A DNA stretch of 52,210 nt from a virus (IMGVR_UViG_2541047879_000004:1-52210), one strand, 5' to 3'. Shown: positions 9,455 to 18,761, numbered from the stretch's first letter. Notes: generated by a model from the letters alone, not told the origin. Numbers and translations are program-made.

Positions 9455-9877
9455 ATGACAAGAGCATTTACACCAGAAGAGCGGGAAAAAATTAAGGGGC
9501 TGATCGTGGAATTCGTACGCCTTAACGGACGAGGCACGATTCGGCAGTTATCGGATGAAATTGGTGTCAGTCATGCGTCTGTCGGTCGTTTATGCATGGA
9601 GCTGGCCGCCAGTGGTGATGTTTACAATTCCGGTTACGGAGTATTCCCGTCTGAACAGGCTCGTAAAGACTGGCAAAATGCCCGCAAAAAATTATCGAGG
9701 GCAAAGCTGAAGAAACCGGTTGTGGTTGATCCGGACCTTATCTGGTCGTTACCTGACGGAGAAATACGTCGCTACGACAGTCGCCTAAACATAATCTGTC
9801 GCGAGTGCCGGAAGAGTGAAGCTATGCAGCGTGTACTGGCTTTCTATCAGGGTAATTTTCAGGAGGCGGTACTGTGA
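9455..9877 (+). CDS. Hypothetical protein
   Basis: ccggagg RBS; 141 aa. Confidence 0.5.
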   Translation: MTRAFTPEEREKIKGLIVEFVRLNGRGTIRQLSDEIGVSHASVGRLCMELAASGDVYNSGYGVFPSEQARKDWQNARKKLSRAKLKKPVVVDPDLIWSLPDGEIRRYDSRLNIICRECRKSEAMQRVLAFYQGNFQEAVL

Positions 9878-9934
9878 GTGAAATTAGCTATCAGGCTTCA
9901 ATTACCGCTGGCATTCGCATCAAAGGAGAGGAGC

Positions 9935-10291
9935 ATGGAAATAAAACCAGAGGATGAGTTAAGCAATATCGTTTTATTTCCGGTAAAAGAGGATGACCCT
10001 CGTAATCAGGTTAATTTTCTTTATGAGCCATCGGAAAGACCATATTGTCATCACGCCTCTGTCCGGGTTGACGAAAAAGAGCGTCAGGTCCGCTGTAAAA
10101 TCTGCGGTGCAGTTGTGGAGCCATTTGACTGGATGCTCTCTGTGGCGAAAAGAGAAACCAGACTGGCAGATGATGTAAGGCTCTTGCGTCAGGAGGAGCG
10201 GGAAAGGCGAAAAAATATAGAAAAGCTAATTCAGATTGAGCGTAACGCGAAAGCGCGGATACGCAGGGCGACAAAATCCAGAACTGAATAA
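9935..10291 (+). CDS. Hypothetical Cys/His zinc-ribbon-like protein with basic coiled C-terminus
   Basis: aaaggagag RBS; CHH...CKICG motif. Confidence 0.5.
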   Translation: MEIKPEDELSNIVLFPVKEDDPRNQVNFLYEPSERPYCHHASVRVDEKERQVRCKICGAVVEPFDWMLSVAKRETRLADDVRLLRQEERERRKNIEKLIQIERNAKARIRRATKSRTE

Positions 10292-10384
10292 TTAAATTTA
10301 GCTCTGTTAAAAATTTAATCCTTAACCGGAGGGATTTCTGCACCTTCAGAACATCAGGAGGCCGCCCGAAAGGGCGGTAGTTAA

Positions 10385-10567
10385 ATGCGAAAGTTTAAAA
10401 TAATTATTGAAACGGGAATAGCCGGTGGAGATTTCGAGGATGAATTCGAAGTGGATGATGATGCGACGCCTGATGAAATACATGACGAAGCAAAAGATAT
10501 TTTCTTTAACTACTGCAATTACTCATATCACGAAATAAAAGACGAAGAGGAAGAACAAAATGGCTGA
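10385..10567 (+). CDS. Small acidic hypothetical protein
   Basis: 60-aa ORF, translationally coupled to next gene. Confidence 0.4.
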   Translation: MRKFKIIIETGIAGGDFEDEFEVDDDATPDEIHDEAKDIFFNYCNYSYHEIKDEEEEQNG

Positions 10568-10736
10568 TTCTGGTTCAACTAAATATAACGCCAGTTTTGA
10601 AGAATGGCATGAACTGTTAATGGATTATGCAGAGTTACGCGGTGGAAGTGCCGCTGATGCTGAAGCATGGCGTGATGATTATGAAGCAGGGAAAACACCG
10701 GTCGAAGCATATTGTGATGAGTGGGGCGATGAATGA
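10560..10736 (+). CDS. Small acidic hypothetical protein (58 aa)
   Basis: ATG overlaps upstream stop; stop overlaps next start (ATGA). Confidence 0.35.
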   Translation: MADSGSTKYNASFEEWHELLMDYAELRGGSAADAEAWRDDYEAGKTPVEAYCDEWGDE

Positions 10737-11092
10737 GCGAGATTAATTATCAGGAAGGGCATGAAAAGGCAGGGCAGGCAAAACCAGTGGCATGGCGATA
10801 TCGCTACGTGAAAAAAGGCGTTACAGACTTTCAGGGGAAGCAGTGGGTTGGTGACTGGAAATATGTACCGACAAAAGAGGATTGCAACGACAGACCGAAC
10901 TATGAAATTCAGGCGTTATTCACTGCCCCGCCTGTGCCACTGACACCAGAAGGATTGATTAAAGCAGTGCGTTTCTATGAACAGGTAAAGCGTGAGAATC
11001 CGCCAGTCGAAACCGGAGCATGGAAAGACGCTGTTGACTGGGTGCTCAAAGAGGCTTGCCAGTCTGTAAACATTGGCATCAAAGGAGAGTGA
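10733..11092 (+). CDS. Hypothetical nin-region-like protein (MSEINYQ...IGIKGE)
   Basis: 119-aa ORF; C-terminus encodes the conserved AAAGGAGAG junction. Confidence 0.5.
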   Translation: MSEINYQEGHEKAGQAKPVAWRYRYVKKGVTDFQGKQWVGDWKYVPTKEDCNDRPNYEIQALFTAPPVPLTPEGLIKAVRFYEQVKRENPPVETGAWKDAVDWVLKEACQSVNIGIKGE

Positions 11093-11094
11093 GA

Positions 11095-11586
11095 ATGCAA
11101 ATTTCACCGGTTACTCTTCGTGTTGCGAAGGCGTTTATATCCAGACATCACCGACACAATAAACCCCCGGTGGGGCATAAATTCAGCATTGGTCTGAGAA
11201 ATGATGCCGGAGAATTGATAGGTGTGGCGACAGCCGGTCGACCTGTTGCACGACATTTGGATGATGGATTAACGCTTGAAGTAAATCGCACATGTACCAC
11301 AGGAGAACGCAACGCTAACAGCGCGCTTTATGGTGCTGTCTGGCGGGCAGCAAAAGCTATGGGTTATCAACGTTGTATTACGTACACCCGGGCAGATGAA
11401 TCAGGAGCATCTCTTCGCGCAGCTGGTTTTGTTCGTGTGAAAGAGCTTCCTCCAAGAAAAAGCTGGGCGGAATCAAGCGTCGCACTGCGGAGTAAACGCG
11501 ATCCAGTCGGAAACGGTGGTGTTCCTCGTGTGCTCTGGGAAATCAGGATAATGAGTACCACTGGTATTCGCATCAAAGGAGAGTGA
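11095..11586 (+). CDS. Hypothetical protein (163 aa)
   Basis: Starts 6 nt after conserved junction motif; ends ...TTGIRIKGE. Confidence 0.5.
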   Translation: MQISPVTLRVAKAFISRHHRHNKPPVGHKFSIGLRNDAGELIGVATAGRPVARHLDDGLTLEVNRTCTTGERNANSALYGAVWRAAKAMGYQRCITYTRADESGASLRAAGFVRVKELPPRKSWAESSVALRSKRDPVGNGGVPRVLWEIRIMSTTGIRIKGE

Positions 11587-11587
11587 T

Positions 11588-11851
11588 ATGGCAACTTTGA
11601 CAAAAAAAGAACGGGCATGGTTGAACGAATTACAGGACGTTCTTGATCGCTGCCCATCACCGAAAAAAATTGGTTTTTACACCATTGGCGATAAAAGCAT
11701 TTACCTGTATGACCTACGCCGCATGGATGAAATCATGGAGGCTCTTGATAATCGTTCGTCGATGGATTGGTGTGTTGCTGTTCATGATATGAATGCAGGG
11801 TTTGATGAAAAGATTTTGTTCCCCTCATCAGTTGAAAGCACTGCGGGTTAA
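11588..11851 (+). CDS. Hypothetical protein (87 aa)
   Basis: Starts right after junction motif. Confidence 0.5.
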   Translation: MATLTKKERAWLNELQDVLDRCPSPKKIGFYTIGDKSIYLYDLRRMDEIMEALDNRSSMDWCVAVHDMNAGFDEKILFPSSVESTAG

Positions 11852-11861
11852 GGAGTAACAC

Positions 11862-12029
11862 ATGACCACTATTACCAAAGAACGTATTGAATTGTTCATT
11901 AAAAACCCGCTTGAAAACGGGCTTACCCGTGGTGAACAAATGGAACTGGCACGGATTGCGCTGGCATCGCTGGAAGCAGAGCCGGTTGTGTTCTGGTTTG
12001 AAAAATATCAAGAAGGGGCTACGGCATGA
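11862..12029 (+). CDS. Small hypothetical protein (55 aa), N-terminal paralog of the next gene
   Basis: aaggag [15 protein letters not shown]... and ALASLEAEP parallel [12 protein letters not shown]... and ALVSLAAEP of next ORF. Confidence 0.4.
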   Translation: MTTITKERIELFIKNPLENGLTRGEQMELARIALASLEAEPVVFWFEKYQEGATA

Positions 12030-12370
12030 CGACTTTTACCAGAGAGCAGTTAATAGCTCACGCAGAGGAGACTATTGAAGCACAGAGACTGTGCATACCG
12101 GGTACAATCGACCATGACATCATCCGCACATATAAGATGGATATTGCTGTTCTGGAAATCGCACTGGTATCGCTGGCAGCAGAGCCAGCCGGTAAATTGC
12201 ATGAATACAAACCAGTGGGATATCAGCGTCTGGTCGATGAGTTAACCATGCTGGTAAAGCAGTTAACCTGGCAACTGAGGAAAGCGAAGCCAGACTGCAA
12301 ATTACCGGATAAGGCGATGAGTTATCTGGAGCGGAACGGACTGATAAGCGTGGAGGATATTTTACGATGA
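12026..12370 (+). CDS. Hypothetical protein (114 aa)
   Basis: ORF overlapping upstream stop (ATGA). Confidence 0.5.
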   Translation: MTTFTREQLIAHAEETIEAQRLCIPGTIDHDIIRTYKMDIAVLEIALVSLAAEPAGKLHEYKPVGYQRLVDELTMLVKQLTWQLRKAKPDCKLPDKAMSYLERNGLISVEDILR

Positions 12371-12661
12371 CCTGGCCTGAAGCATTAACAACGGTAGGAA
12401 TTGCGATGGCGGTGACGCTGATGGTGTATTCGATTTGCCGCTGGGGATAAAAACGGTTTGCGGGAAAAGGAGAGTTAAGTAGAATTGCTGCGGGTGCTTG
12501 AGGCTATCTGTCTCAGGCATGAACACCAAAAGGCAGATAGAGAAAAGCCCCAGTTAACATTACGCGTCCGGCAAGACGCTTAACATTAATCTGAGGCCAT
12601 ATCTATGCTCTACACACGTAGGTTAGCCTCTTACGTGCCGAAAGGCAAGGAGAAGCAGGCT

Positions 12662-12817
12662 ATGAAGCAGCAAAAGGCGATGCTAATCGCCCTGATCGTC
12701 ATCTGTTTAACCGTCATTGTGACGGCACTGGTAACGAGGAAAGACCTCTGCGAGGTACGAATCCGAACCGGCCAGACGGAGGTCGCTGTCTTCACAGCTT
12801 ACGAACCTGAGGAGTAA
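12662..12817 (+). CDS. hok: Hok/Gef-family type I toxin (51 aa membrane peptide)
   Basis: MKQQKAMLIALIVICLTVIVTALVTRKDLCEVRIRTGQTEVAVFTAYEPEE: single TM helix plus conserved LCE(V/I)R motif; in-frame upstream extension (12605) is mok-like. Confidence 0.85.
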   Translation: MKQQKAMLIALIVICLTVIVTALVTRKDLCEVRIRTGQTEVAVFTAYEPEE

Positions 12818-12886
12818 GAGACCTGGCGGGGGAGAAATCCCTCGCCACCTCTGATGTGTCAGGCATCCTCAACGCACCCGCACTTA

Positions 12887-12913
12887 ACCCGCTTCGGCGG
12901 GTTTTGTTTTTTT
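12887..12913 (+). terminator. Rho-independent terminator after hok
   Basis: ACCCGCttcgGCGGGT stem followed by TTTTGTTTTTTT. Confidence 0.7.
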
Positions 12914-12984
12914 CTGGCATTCTGGTTTACAATTCGCACGTCAGCCTGAACACCTGACACCTGCTGCGCCAGCAGAGAAAACAG

Positions 12985-13257
12985 ATGGCGCACAAAACCA
13001 AATTTCACAATTCTGATACCGACCTTGCCATCCGGCATGGGCGGCGTTCACACGCATTTAAAACCGACTGGTACCAACACCCACCATGTACTGAAGAACA
13101 GGCCGAATGGCTAATTCATAACTACCGCAGACGCGGATACGAGATTAAGAAAGCCCTCAGCCTCGATTATCGTCACTGGATAATCTCCGTCAGGCTTCCT
13201 TACTCTGAACGCCCACCGCGTCCGTCCCGCACATTCCAGCAACGCATCTGGAGGTAA
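12985..13257 (+). CDS. Hypothetical protein (90 aa)
   Basis: ORF between hok locus and DUF968 gene. Confidence 0.4.
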   Translation: MAHKTKFHNSDTDLAIRHGRRSHAFKTDWYQHPPCTEEQAEWLIHNYRRRGYEIKKALSLDYRHWIISVRLPYSERPPRPSRTFQQRIWR

Positions 13258-13258
13258 C

Positions 13259-14305
13259 GTGCGGGTATTACTTCGACCTGTTCTGGTACCGGAACTCGGG
13301 CTGGTGATCGTTAAGCCGGGCCGTGAATCCATGCCGGTATTCCACAATACCCGGGTACTGGTGGAGCCGGAACCGAAAAGCATGCGTAATCTGCCGTCCG
13401 GGGTCGTTCCTGCCGTTCGCCAGCCGCTGGCGGAGGATAAATCATTACTGCCATTTTTCAGCGACGAACGAGTGATTCGTGCTGCTGGTGGCGCTGGCGC
13501 ATTGTCTGACTGGTTACTGCGCCATGTTAAATCCTGCCAGTGGCCACACGGCGATTATCACCACAGTGAAACCGTCATTCACCGTTATGGTACCGGCGCA
13601 ATGGTGTTGTGCTGGCACTGCGACAACCAGCTGCGCGACCAGACCTCCGAATCACTCGGGCAACTTGCTCACCAAAACCTGTCTGCATGGATGATTGACG
13701 TCATACGCCATGCAATGAATGGCTCGCAGGAACGGGAATTATCGCTGGCTGAATTATCCTGGTGGGCGGTCCGCAATCAGGTGGCGGACGCGCTACCGGA
13801 AGCGGTATTACGTCGTTCGCTGGGGTTGCGTGCGGAAAAAATCCGCTCAATGTACCGTGAAAGCGACATCGTACCGGGAGAGCAGACCGCCACCAGCATA
13901 CTGAAGCAGCGCACAAAAAATCTTGCGCCGCTGCCTCACGCCCACCAGCAAAACCCGCCACAGGAAAAGACGGTGGTCAGCATTGCTGTTGATCCGGAGT
14001 CTCCGGAATCTTTAATGAAGCGACCTAAACGTCGCCGTTGGGTAAATGAGAAATATACGCGCTGGGTAAAGACACAGCCGTGTGCGTGTTGTGGTAAGCC
14101 AGCCGACGATCCCCATCACCTGATTGGTCATGGTCAGGGCGGAATAGGGACAAAAGCCCACGATATTTTCACGCTACCGTTGTGTCGGGAGCATCACAAC
14201 GAACTTCATGCTGATCCGCTGGCATTTGAAGAAAAGCATGGTTCCCAGATTGATTTAATTTTTCGTTTTCTTGATCGCGCCTTTGCAACCGGCGTGCTCG
14301 GGTAA
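13259..14305 (+). CDS. DUF968-family protein with C-terminal Cys/His (HNH-like) motif
   Basis: GTG start with ggagg RBS; C-terminal CACCGK...DPHHLIGHG...CREHHNELH. Confidence 0.55.
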   Translation: MRVLLRPVLVPELGLVIVKPGRESMPVFHNTRVLVEPEPKSMRNLPSGVVPAVRQPLAEDKSLLPFFSDERVIRAAGGAGALSDWLLRHVKSCQWPHGDYHHSETVIHRYGTGAMVLCWHCDNQLRDQTSESLGQLAHQNLSAWMIDVIRHAMNGSQERELSLAELSWWAVRNQVADALPEAVLRRSLGLRAEKIRSMYRESDIVPGEQTATSILKQRTKNLAPLPHAHQQNPPQEKTVVSIAVDPESPESLMKRPKRRRWVNEKYTRWVKTQPCACCGKPADDPHHLIGHGQGGIGTKAHDIFTLPLCREHHNELHADPLAFEEKHGSQIDLIFRFLDRAFATGVLG

Positions 14306-14317
14306 AAGAGGTTACTG

Positions 14318-14677
14318 ATGCGTATAGAGTTTGTTTTGCCTTACCCGCCGACGGTGAACACCTACTGGCGTCGTCGTGGCAGCACATATTTTGTATCAAA
14401 AGCCGGTGAGCGTTATCGCCGGGATGTGGCACTTATTGTCCGCCAGCAGCGGCTGAAATTAAACCTGTCCGGAAGGCTGGCAATAAAAATTACTGCAGAG
14501 CCACCGGATAAGCGCCGTCGTGACCTGGACAATATTCTGAAAGCACCACTGGATGCACTGACACATGCGGGGTTGCTTATCGACGACGAGCAGTTTGATG
14601 AAATCAATATTGTGCGCGGACTGCCTGTTCCTGGTGGTCGGTTGGGGATAAAAATCACAGAGCTGGAGTGCGCATGA
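14318..14677 (+). CDS. rusA: Holliday junction resolvase RusA
   Basis: 119 aa; PDKRRRDLDNILKAPLDALTHAGLLIDDEQ matches RusA catalytic Asp cluster. Confidence 0.85.
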   Translation: MRIEFVLPYPPTVNTYWRRRGSTYFVSKAGERYRRDVALIVRQQRLKLNLSGRLAIKITAEPPDKRRRDLDNILKAPLDALTHAGLLIDDEQFDEINIVRGLPVPGGRLGIKITELECA

Positions 14678-15363
14678 ATAACCAGTATTTACAGTTTGTT
14701 CGTGAGCAGCTCATTATCGCCACCGCCGATTTGAGTGGGGCAACAAAAGGTCAGCTTGAAGCCTGGCAGGAGAATGCCATGTTTGATACAGGGCGTTACA
14801 GACGTAAAAAAATCCGGTACCGCGATAAGGTCACTGGAAAAATGGTAACGCTGGATAATCCACCGATCCCGGGAAAGCAATCGCTGGCGAAAGGTTCATC
14901 AATTGCCCTAGTCAGTCCGGTTGAGTTTTCGACATCATCATGGCGACGCGCCGTTCTGTCTCTTGAAGAGCATCAGAAGGCGTGGGTACTGTGGGTATAC
15001 AGTGAAAATCCGAGTTGGGATTATCAGGTGGTCATTGCGAAATGGGCGTGGGATAAGTTTCAGGTGCATTTTGGTACCAGAAAAATTACAGGGAAAACGC
15101 TTGAGCGTCTGAAGAAATTAATCTGGCTGGCGGCGCAGGATGTCAGGGGGAGGATTACTGGGTGTGACGTCTACCAGCGACAGGAACTTGCCAGACTGTG
15201 TGGAGTTAAGTCAGACAACTGGAGCCACAATTATGCGCACTACTGGCGTGATATGTGCGACATTTTTAAGAACCTCGACAACGAATCTTTGATTTATACC
15301 ATGAAAACAAGATCGCAACAAAAAGCGACCTTTTCGCGGCGGGTTATTGCAAAAGTCAATTAA
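14674..15363 (+). CDS. Late-gene antitermination protein Q-like
   Basis: Position immediately before late/lysis region and after rusA; ~230 aa; start overlaps rusA stop. Confidence 0.6.
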   Translation: MNNQYLQFVREQLIIATADLSGATKGQLEAWQENAMFDTGRYRRKKIRYRDKVTGKMVTLDNPPIPGKQSLAKGSSIALVSPVEFSTSSWRRAVLSLEEHQKAWVLWVYSENPSWDYQVVIAKWAWDKFQVHFGTRKITGKTLERLKKLIWLAAQDVRGRITGCDVYQRQELARLCGVKSDNWSHNYAHYWRDMCDIFKNLDNESLIYTMKTRSQQKATFSRRVIAKVN

Positions 15364-15635
15364 ATCGCGTACATTTCGTGTAAATCTGATATTTTGCTGA
15401 TTTTGTACACGATGGCAAACTAAACAAAGCCTGCTGCTGAGCGGGCTATCTTTTGTCGTAAGTTGAGCGAAAGACCATCGATTTTACCTTGCTAAAACTA
15501 TTCTGCTATTGCCGAGTTACCCTTTAGGTAATACACTCATCTTATAAAAGAAAGTGGTTGTTAGCCACATAGGTTAGGATGTGCGCATACTTTGTTTGTG
15601 TGCTTTTTGTGTTTTATCTGTTAACGGAGGGGAGC

Positions 15636-15863
15636 ATGCCGAAATATCTAACACTTGCCGCTCGCGCGATCCTCTCACCTGAGAAGATCATCAAAAAAAT
15701 TGCAGATATAGCTTCCATGTGTGATGGAAAAGAAGCTAAGCATGAAAGTGACAAGTTTTTCATTGATAGTAATGGTTCGATGGTTTTGAATCGCAACAAC
15801 GCTGATGTGCAAAAGGCTTTCGCAGCCAATATTAAGGGATTGAGTACTAAGAAGAAGGGTTAG
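15636..15863 (+). CDS. Hypothetical small protein (75 aa), cargo
   Basis: ggagggga RBS; AT-rich codon usage. Confidence 0.5.
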   Translation: MPKYLTLAARAILSPEKIIKKIADIASMCDGKEAKHESDKFFIDSNGSMVLNRNNADVQKAFAANIKGLSTKKKG

Positions 15864-15869
15864 TCTTCT

Positions 15870-16667
15870 ATGTGGGCTGCGCTGATTGTTATTGTTTTAG
15901 TTTGTGGTTATCACTATACCAACTGCCATTTGCCGTCACGATACCGTCAAAGCAAAGCGATCGGTTGGAATGCATACTTTGATGTTGCACTGAAAGGTGG
16001 TGAGTTTCTCATAAGTGGTATTCTTATCGCTGCCTTATTGGTTGTTGTTCTGTACGCTGGAATGTCACTTTGGAACATTCCAGCGTACTTGTTTGGTTGG
16101 TACGCTCCCTTTACTTTCGCCCATGACTTTCTCAAAATGCGAGTGTTTGGGTTGAGCATGTTCCCTGCTATGTCGATAGCTTTCACTATTATTGTAAGTA
16201 TCGGGAAGGCATCAGAGGCAACCAAAAACCATAAAGACCCACAAAAGCGCAAGGCTATTTTTGAAGAAATTGCGGCTCATAGTGCCGTGGAAAATATCCT
16301 TCTTGAATCAGTTGAGCGTGGATTGTTATTGTTGGTTACACTGAAGTCTCGCAAGGTCTATGTGGGGATGATTGATGAGGCACGTTTCAATCAGTTAGAT
16401 ACTCACACATTGGTGCTAATCCCTTTTATGTCCGGGTACAGAGATAAAGATACTCTGACTTTTTGTGTTGAGCATAATTATGTGGACTACTACCTTAGTC
16501 AGGGTATCACATTAACTTCTGAGCCATTGTCAGTTTATCAGTTTAGGCATGTGTTGCCCTTCGATCAGATCGAATCTTTTTCGCTGTTTAATGTTGAAAC
16601 ATTCGAGACTTTCAAGGCAGGTATTGAAGGGAAGAAGGCCACTGAAGTACAGAATCAAACAAGTTAA
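15870..16667 (+). CDS. Hypothetical multi-pass membrane protein (265 aa) with ~140-aa soluble C-terminal domain, cargo
   Basis: Several hydrophobic segments in N-terminal half; followed by own terminator. Confidence 0.55.
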   Translation: MWAALIVIVLVCGYHYTNCHLPSRYRQSKAIGWNAYFDVALKGGEFLISGILIAALLVVVLYAGMSLWNIPAYLFGWYAPFTFAHDFLKMRVFGLSMFPAMSIAFTIIVSIGKASEATKNHKDPQKRKAIFEEIAAHSAVENILLESVERGLLLLVTLKSRKVYVGMIDEARFNQLDTHTLVLIPFMSGYRDKDTLTFCVEHNYVDYYLSQGITLTSEPLSVYQFRHVLPFDQIESFSLFNVETFETFKAGIEGKKATEVQNQTS

Positions 16668-16687
16668 GGTTGTTACCTCATTAATTA

Positions 16688-16712
16688 AACCCGCCATTGA
16701 GCGGGTTTTTTG
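16688..16712 (+). terminator. Rho-independent terminator
   Basis: CCCGCcattgaGCGGG then TTTTTT. Confidence 0.75.
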
Positions 16713-16829
16713 ATGCCCGAAGTGCGGTACATTAAACGCGCTGGTAGTTATTAATATCGGTCTTTCAGCTTGCTGGCTTTTTCGACAAGAGTTATTGGTA
16801 TGTCACGTTAACCAGAAAAGGGAAAAGGC

Positions 16830-17027
16830 ATGCTAAAACAGCAGGATATGACCGAAACTGCCAGAGTGGTGTTTAATGAATTAAGCGTCACCGAACCGGC
16901 GACCGTCGGGGAAATTGCGCAGAATACTTACCTTTCACGCGAACGTTGCCAGTTAATACTGACCCAGCTTGTTATGGCGGGTCTGGCAGATTATCAGTTC
17001 GGTTGTTACAGACGCCTTCCTCAGTGA
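16830..17027 (+). CDS. Small hypothetical protein (65 aa)
   Basis: RBS aaaaggg..aagg; followed by terminator. Confidence 0.4.
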   Translation: MLKQQDMTETARVVFNELSVTEPATVGEIAQNTYLSRERCQLILTQLVMAGLADYQFGCYRRLPQ

Positions 17028-17038
17028 AGGCTTTTTTA
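17014..17038 (+). terminator. Rho-independent terminator
   Basis: GCCTTCctcagtGAAGGC then TTTTTT. Confidence 0.7.
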
Positions 17039-17177
17039 TTTGTGGTAATGGGCGGCTGGTGGGTGTTAGCGGCACCTGCCAGCCATCTGCTCATGCGTTG
17101 GGGTCACAAGCAAACCTCAGGCCCATCTGCTTTGCGCAAAAGCGGTATGAGCCTATCAGAGAAGTGCTTATTGATCT

Positions 17178-18227
17178 ATGGCTAATACTGTAAAAATATC
17201 CAGTTGTGAGTTAATCAACGCTGATTGCCTGGAATTTATCCAGACCTTACCGGAAAACTCTGTCGATCTTATAGTCACAGACCCGCCATACTTTAAAGTG
17301 AAACCCGAGGGCTGGGATAACCAGTGGAAGGGCGACGATGATTACCTGAAGTGGCTGGACCAGTGTCTGGCGCAGTTCTGGCGGGTGCTGAAACCTGTCG
17401 GAAGTCTTTACCTGTTCTGTGGTCATCGCCTGGCATCTGATATCGAAATCATGATGCGTGAACGCTTCAGTGTGCTGAACCATATTATCTGGGCGAAGCC
17501 GTCCGGACGCTGGAACGGATGCAACAAGGAAAGCCTGCGGGCGTATTTCCCCGCCACAGAGCGCATTCTGTTCGCGGAACATTATCAGGGGCCGTATCGT
17601 CCGAAAGATGCCGGGTATACGGCGAAGGGCAGTGCACTGAAACAGCATGTGATGGCCCCGCTGATTTCTTACTTTCGTGATGCGCGCGCGGCCCTGGGGA
17701 TAACGGCAAAACAGATTGCAGATGCCACAGGAAAGAAAAACATGGTGTCGCACTGGTTCAGTGCCAGTCAGTGGCAGCTACCGAACGAAAGCGATTATCT
17801 GAAATTACAGTCGCTGTTTGCCCGGGTGGCAGAAGAGAAACATCAGCGCGGTGAACTGGAAAAGCCCCACCACCAGCTGGTGGATACGTATACGTCACTG
17901 AACCGGCAGTATGTGGAGCTGCAGAGTGAATATAAGCATCTGCGGCGGTATTTTGGTGTGACGGCGCAGGTGCCGTACACGGATGTGTGGACACATAAAC
18001 CGGTGCAGTTCTATCCAGGGAAACATCCGTGCGAAAAACCGGCAGAAATGCTGCAGCAGATAATCAGCGCAAGCAGTCGTCCGGGAGACCTGGTTGCAGA
18101 TTTTTTTATGGGCTCAGGCTCAACGGTAAAAGCTGCACTGGCGCTCGGGCGTCGTGCGATTGGCGTTGAACTGGAGACCGGACGTTTTGAGCAGACAGTC
18201 AGGGAAGTTCAGGATTTAATCGTTTGA
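17178..18227 (+). CDS. DNA N6-adenine (or N4-cytosine) methyltransferase, beta-class (motif IV before motif I)
   Basis: N-terminal DPPYF motif, C-terminal FFMGSGST SAM-binding motif. Confidence 0.8.
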   Translation: MANTVKISSCELINADCLEFIQTLPENSVDLIVTDPPYFKVKPEGWDNQWKGDDDYLKWLDQCLAQFWRVLKPVGSLYLFCGHRLASDIEIMMRERFSVLNHIIWAKPSGRWNGCNKESLRAYFPATERILFAEHYQGPYRPKDAGYTAKGSALKQHVMAPLISYFRDARAALGITAKQIADATGKKNMVSHWFSASQWQLPNESDYLKLQSLFARVAEEKHQRGELEKPHHQLVDTYTSLNRQYVELQSEYKHLRRYFGVTAQVPYTDVWTHKPVQFYPGKHPCEKPAEMLQQIISASSRPGDLVADFFMGSGSTVKAALALGRRAIGVELETGRFEQTVREVQDLIV

Positions 18228-18276
18228 AACGGATGAGATTGCAGAATTAATTACGCACCATTATTATTCTGCTCCC

Positions 18277-18352
18277 GGCCCTTTAGCTCAGTGGTGAGAG
18301 CGAGCGACTCATAATCGCCAGGTCGCTGGTTCAAATCCAGCAAGGGCCACCA
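18277..18352 (+). tRNA. tRNA with CAU anticodon (Met or Ile2)
   Basis: Cloverleaf: acceptor GGCCCTT/AAGGGCC, anticodon loop cuCAUaa, TTCAAAT T-loop, CCA end. Confidence 0.8.
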
Positions 18353-18359
18353 TCACATA

Positions 18360-18436
18360 CCGCCATTAGCTCATCAGGAAAGAGCGCCAGCCTTCGAAGC
18401 TGGTTGCGCGGGGTTCAAGTCCCCGATGGCGGTCCA
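18360..18436 (+). tRNA. tRNA-Arg (anticodon UCG)
   Basis: Acceptor CCGCCAT/ATGGCGG, anticodon loop cuUCGaa, TTCAAGT T-loop, CCA end. Confidence 0.75.
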
Positions 18437-18449
18437 TTATCTGCATCAT

Positions 18450-18526
18450 GCGTTGTTAGCTCAGCCGGACAGAGCAATTGCCTTCTAAGCAATCGGTCAC
18501 TGGTTCGAATCCAGTACAACGCGCCA
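18450..18526 (+). tRNA. tRNA-Arg (anticodon UCU)
   Basis: Acceptor GCGTTGT/ACAACGC, anticodon loop cuUCUaa, TTCGAAT T-loop, CCA end. Confidence 0.8.
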
Positions 18527-18761
18527 CACTTATTTTCCCTGGCTCGCTTTTGCGGGCTTTTTTTTAAATGTCTCACAATTCAGGCGGTTGACTGTTGTCT
18601 GGTTTGCGGGGAGTTTGTTAAAAGAAACTGGCATGGTGAATCCCCCTGTGCGGAGGGGCAATCAGCGAGTAGGTATATGGGATAATCGCGGATTCAGGTG
18701 CTGGTACTGAATTCACCGGGAGGCACCCGGCACCATGCAATGGCACATAGCGCCACTCTCC

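Noticed and set aside
18404-18685. 93-aa ORF overlapping the second and third tRNA genes
   Set aside because: Region folds into canonical tRNA cloverleaves; ORF is incidental.
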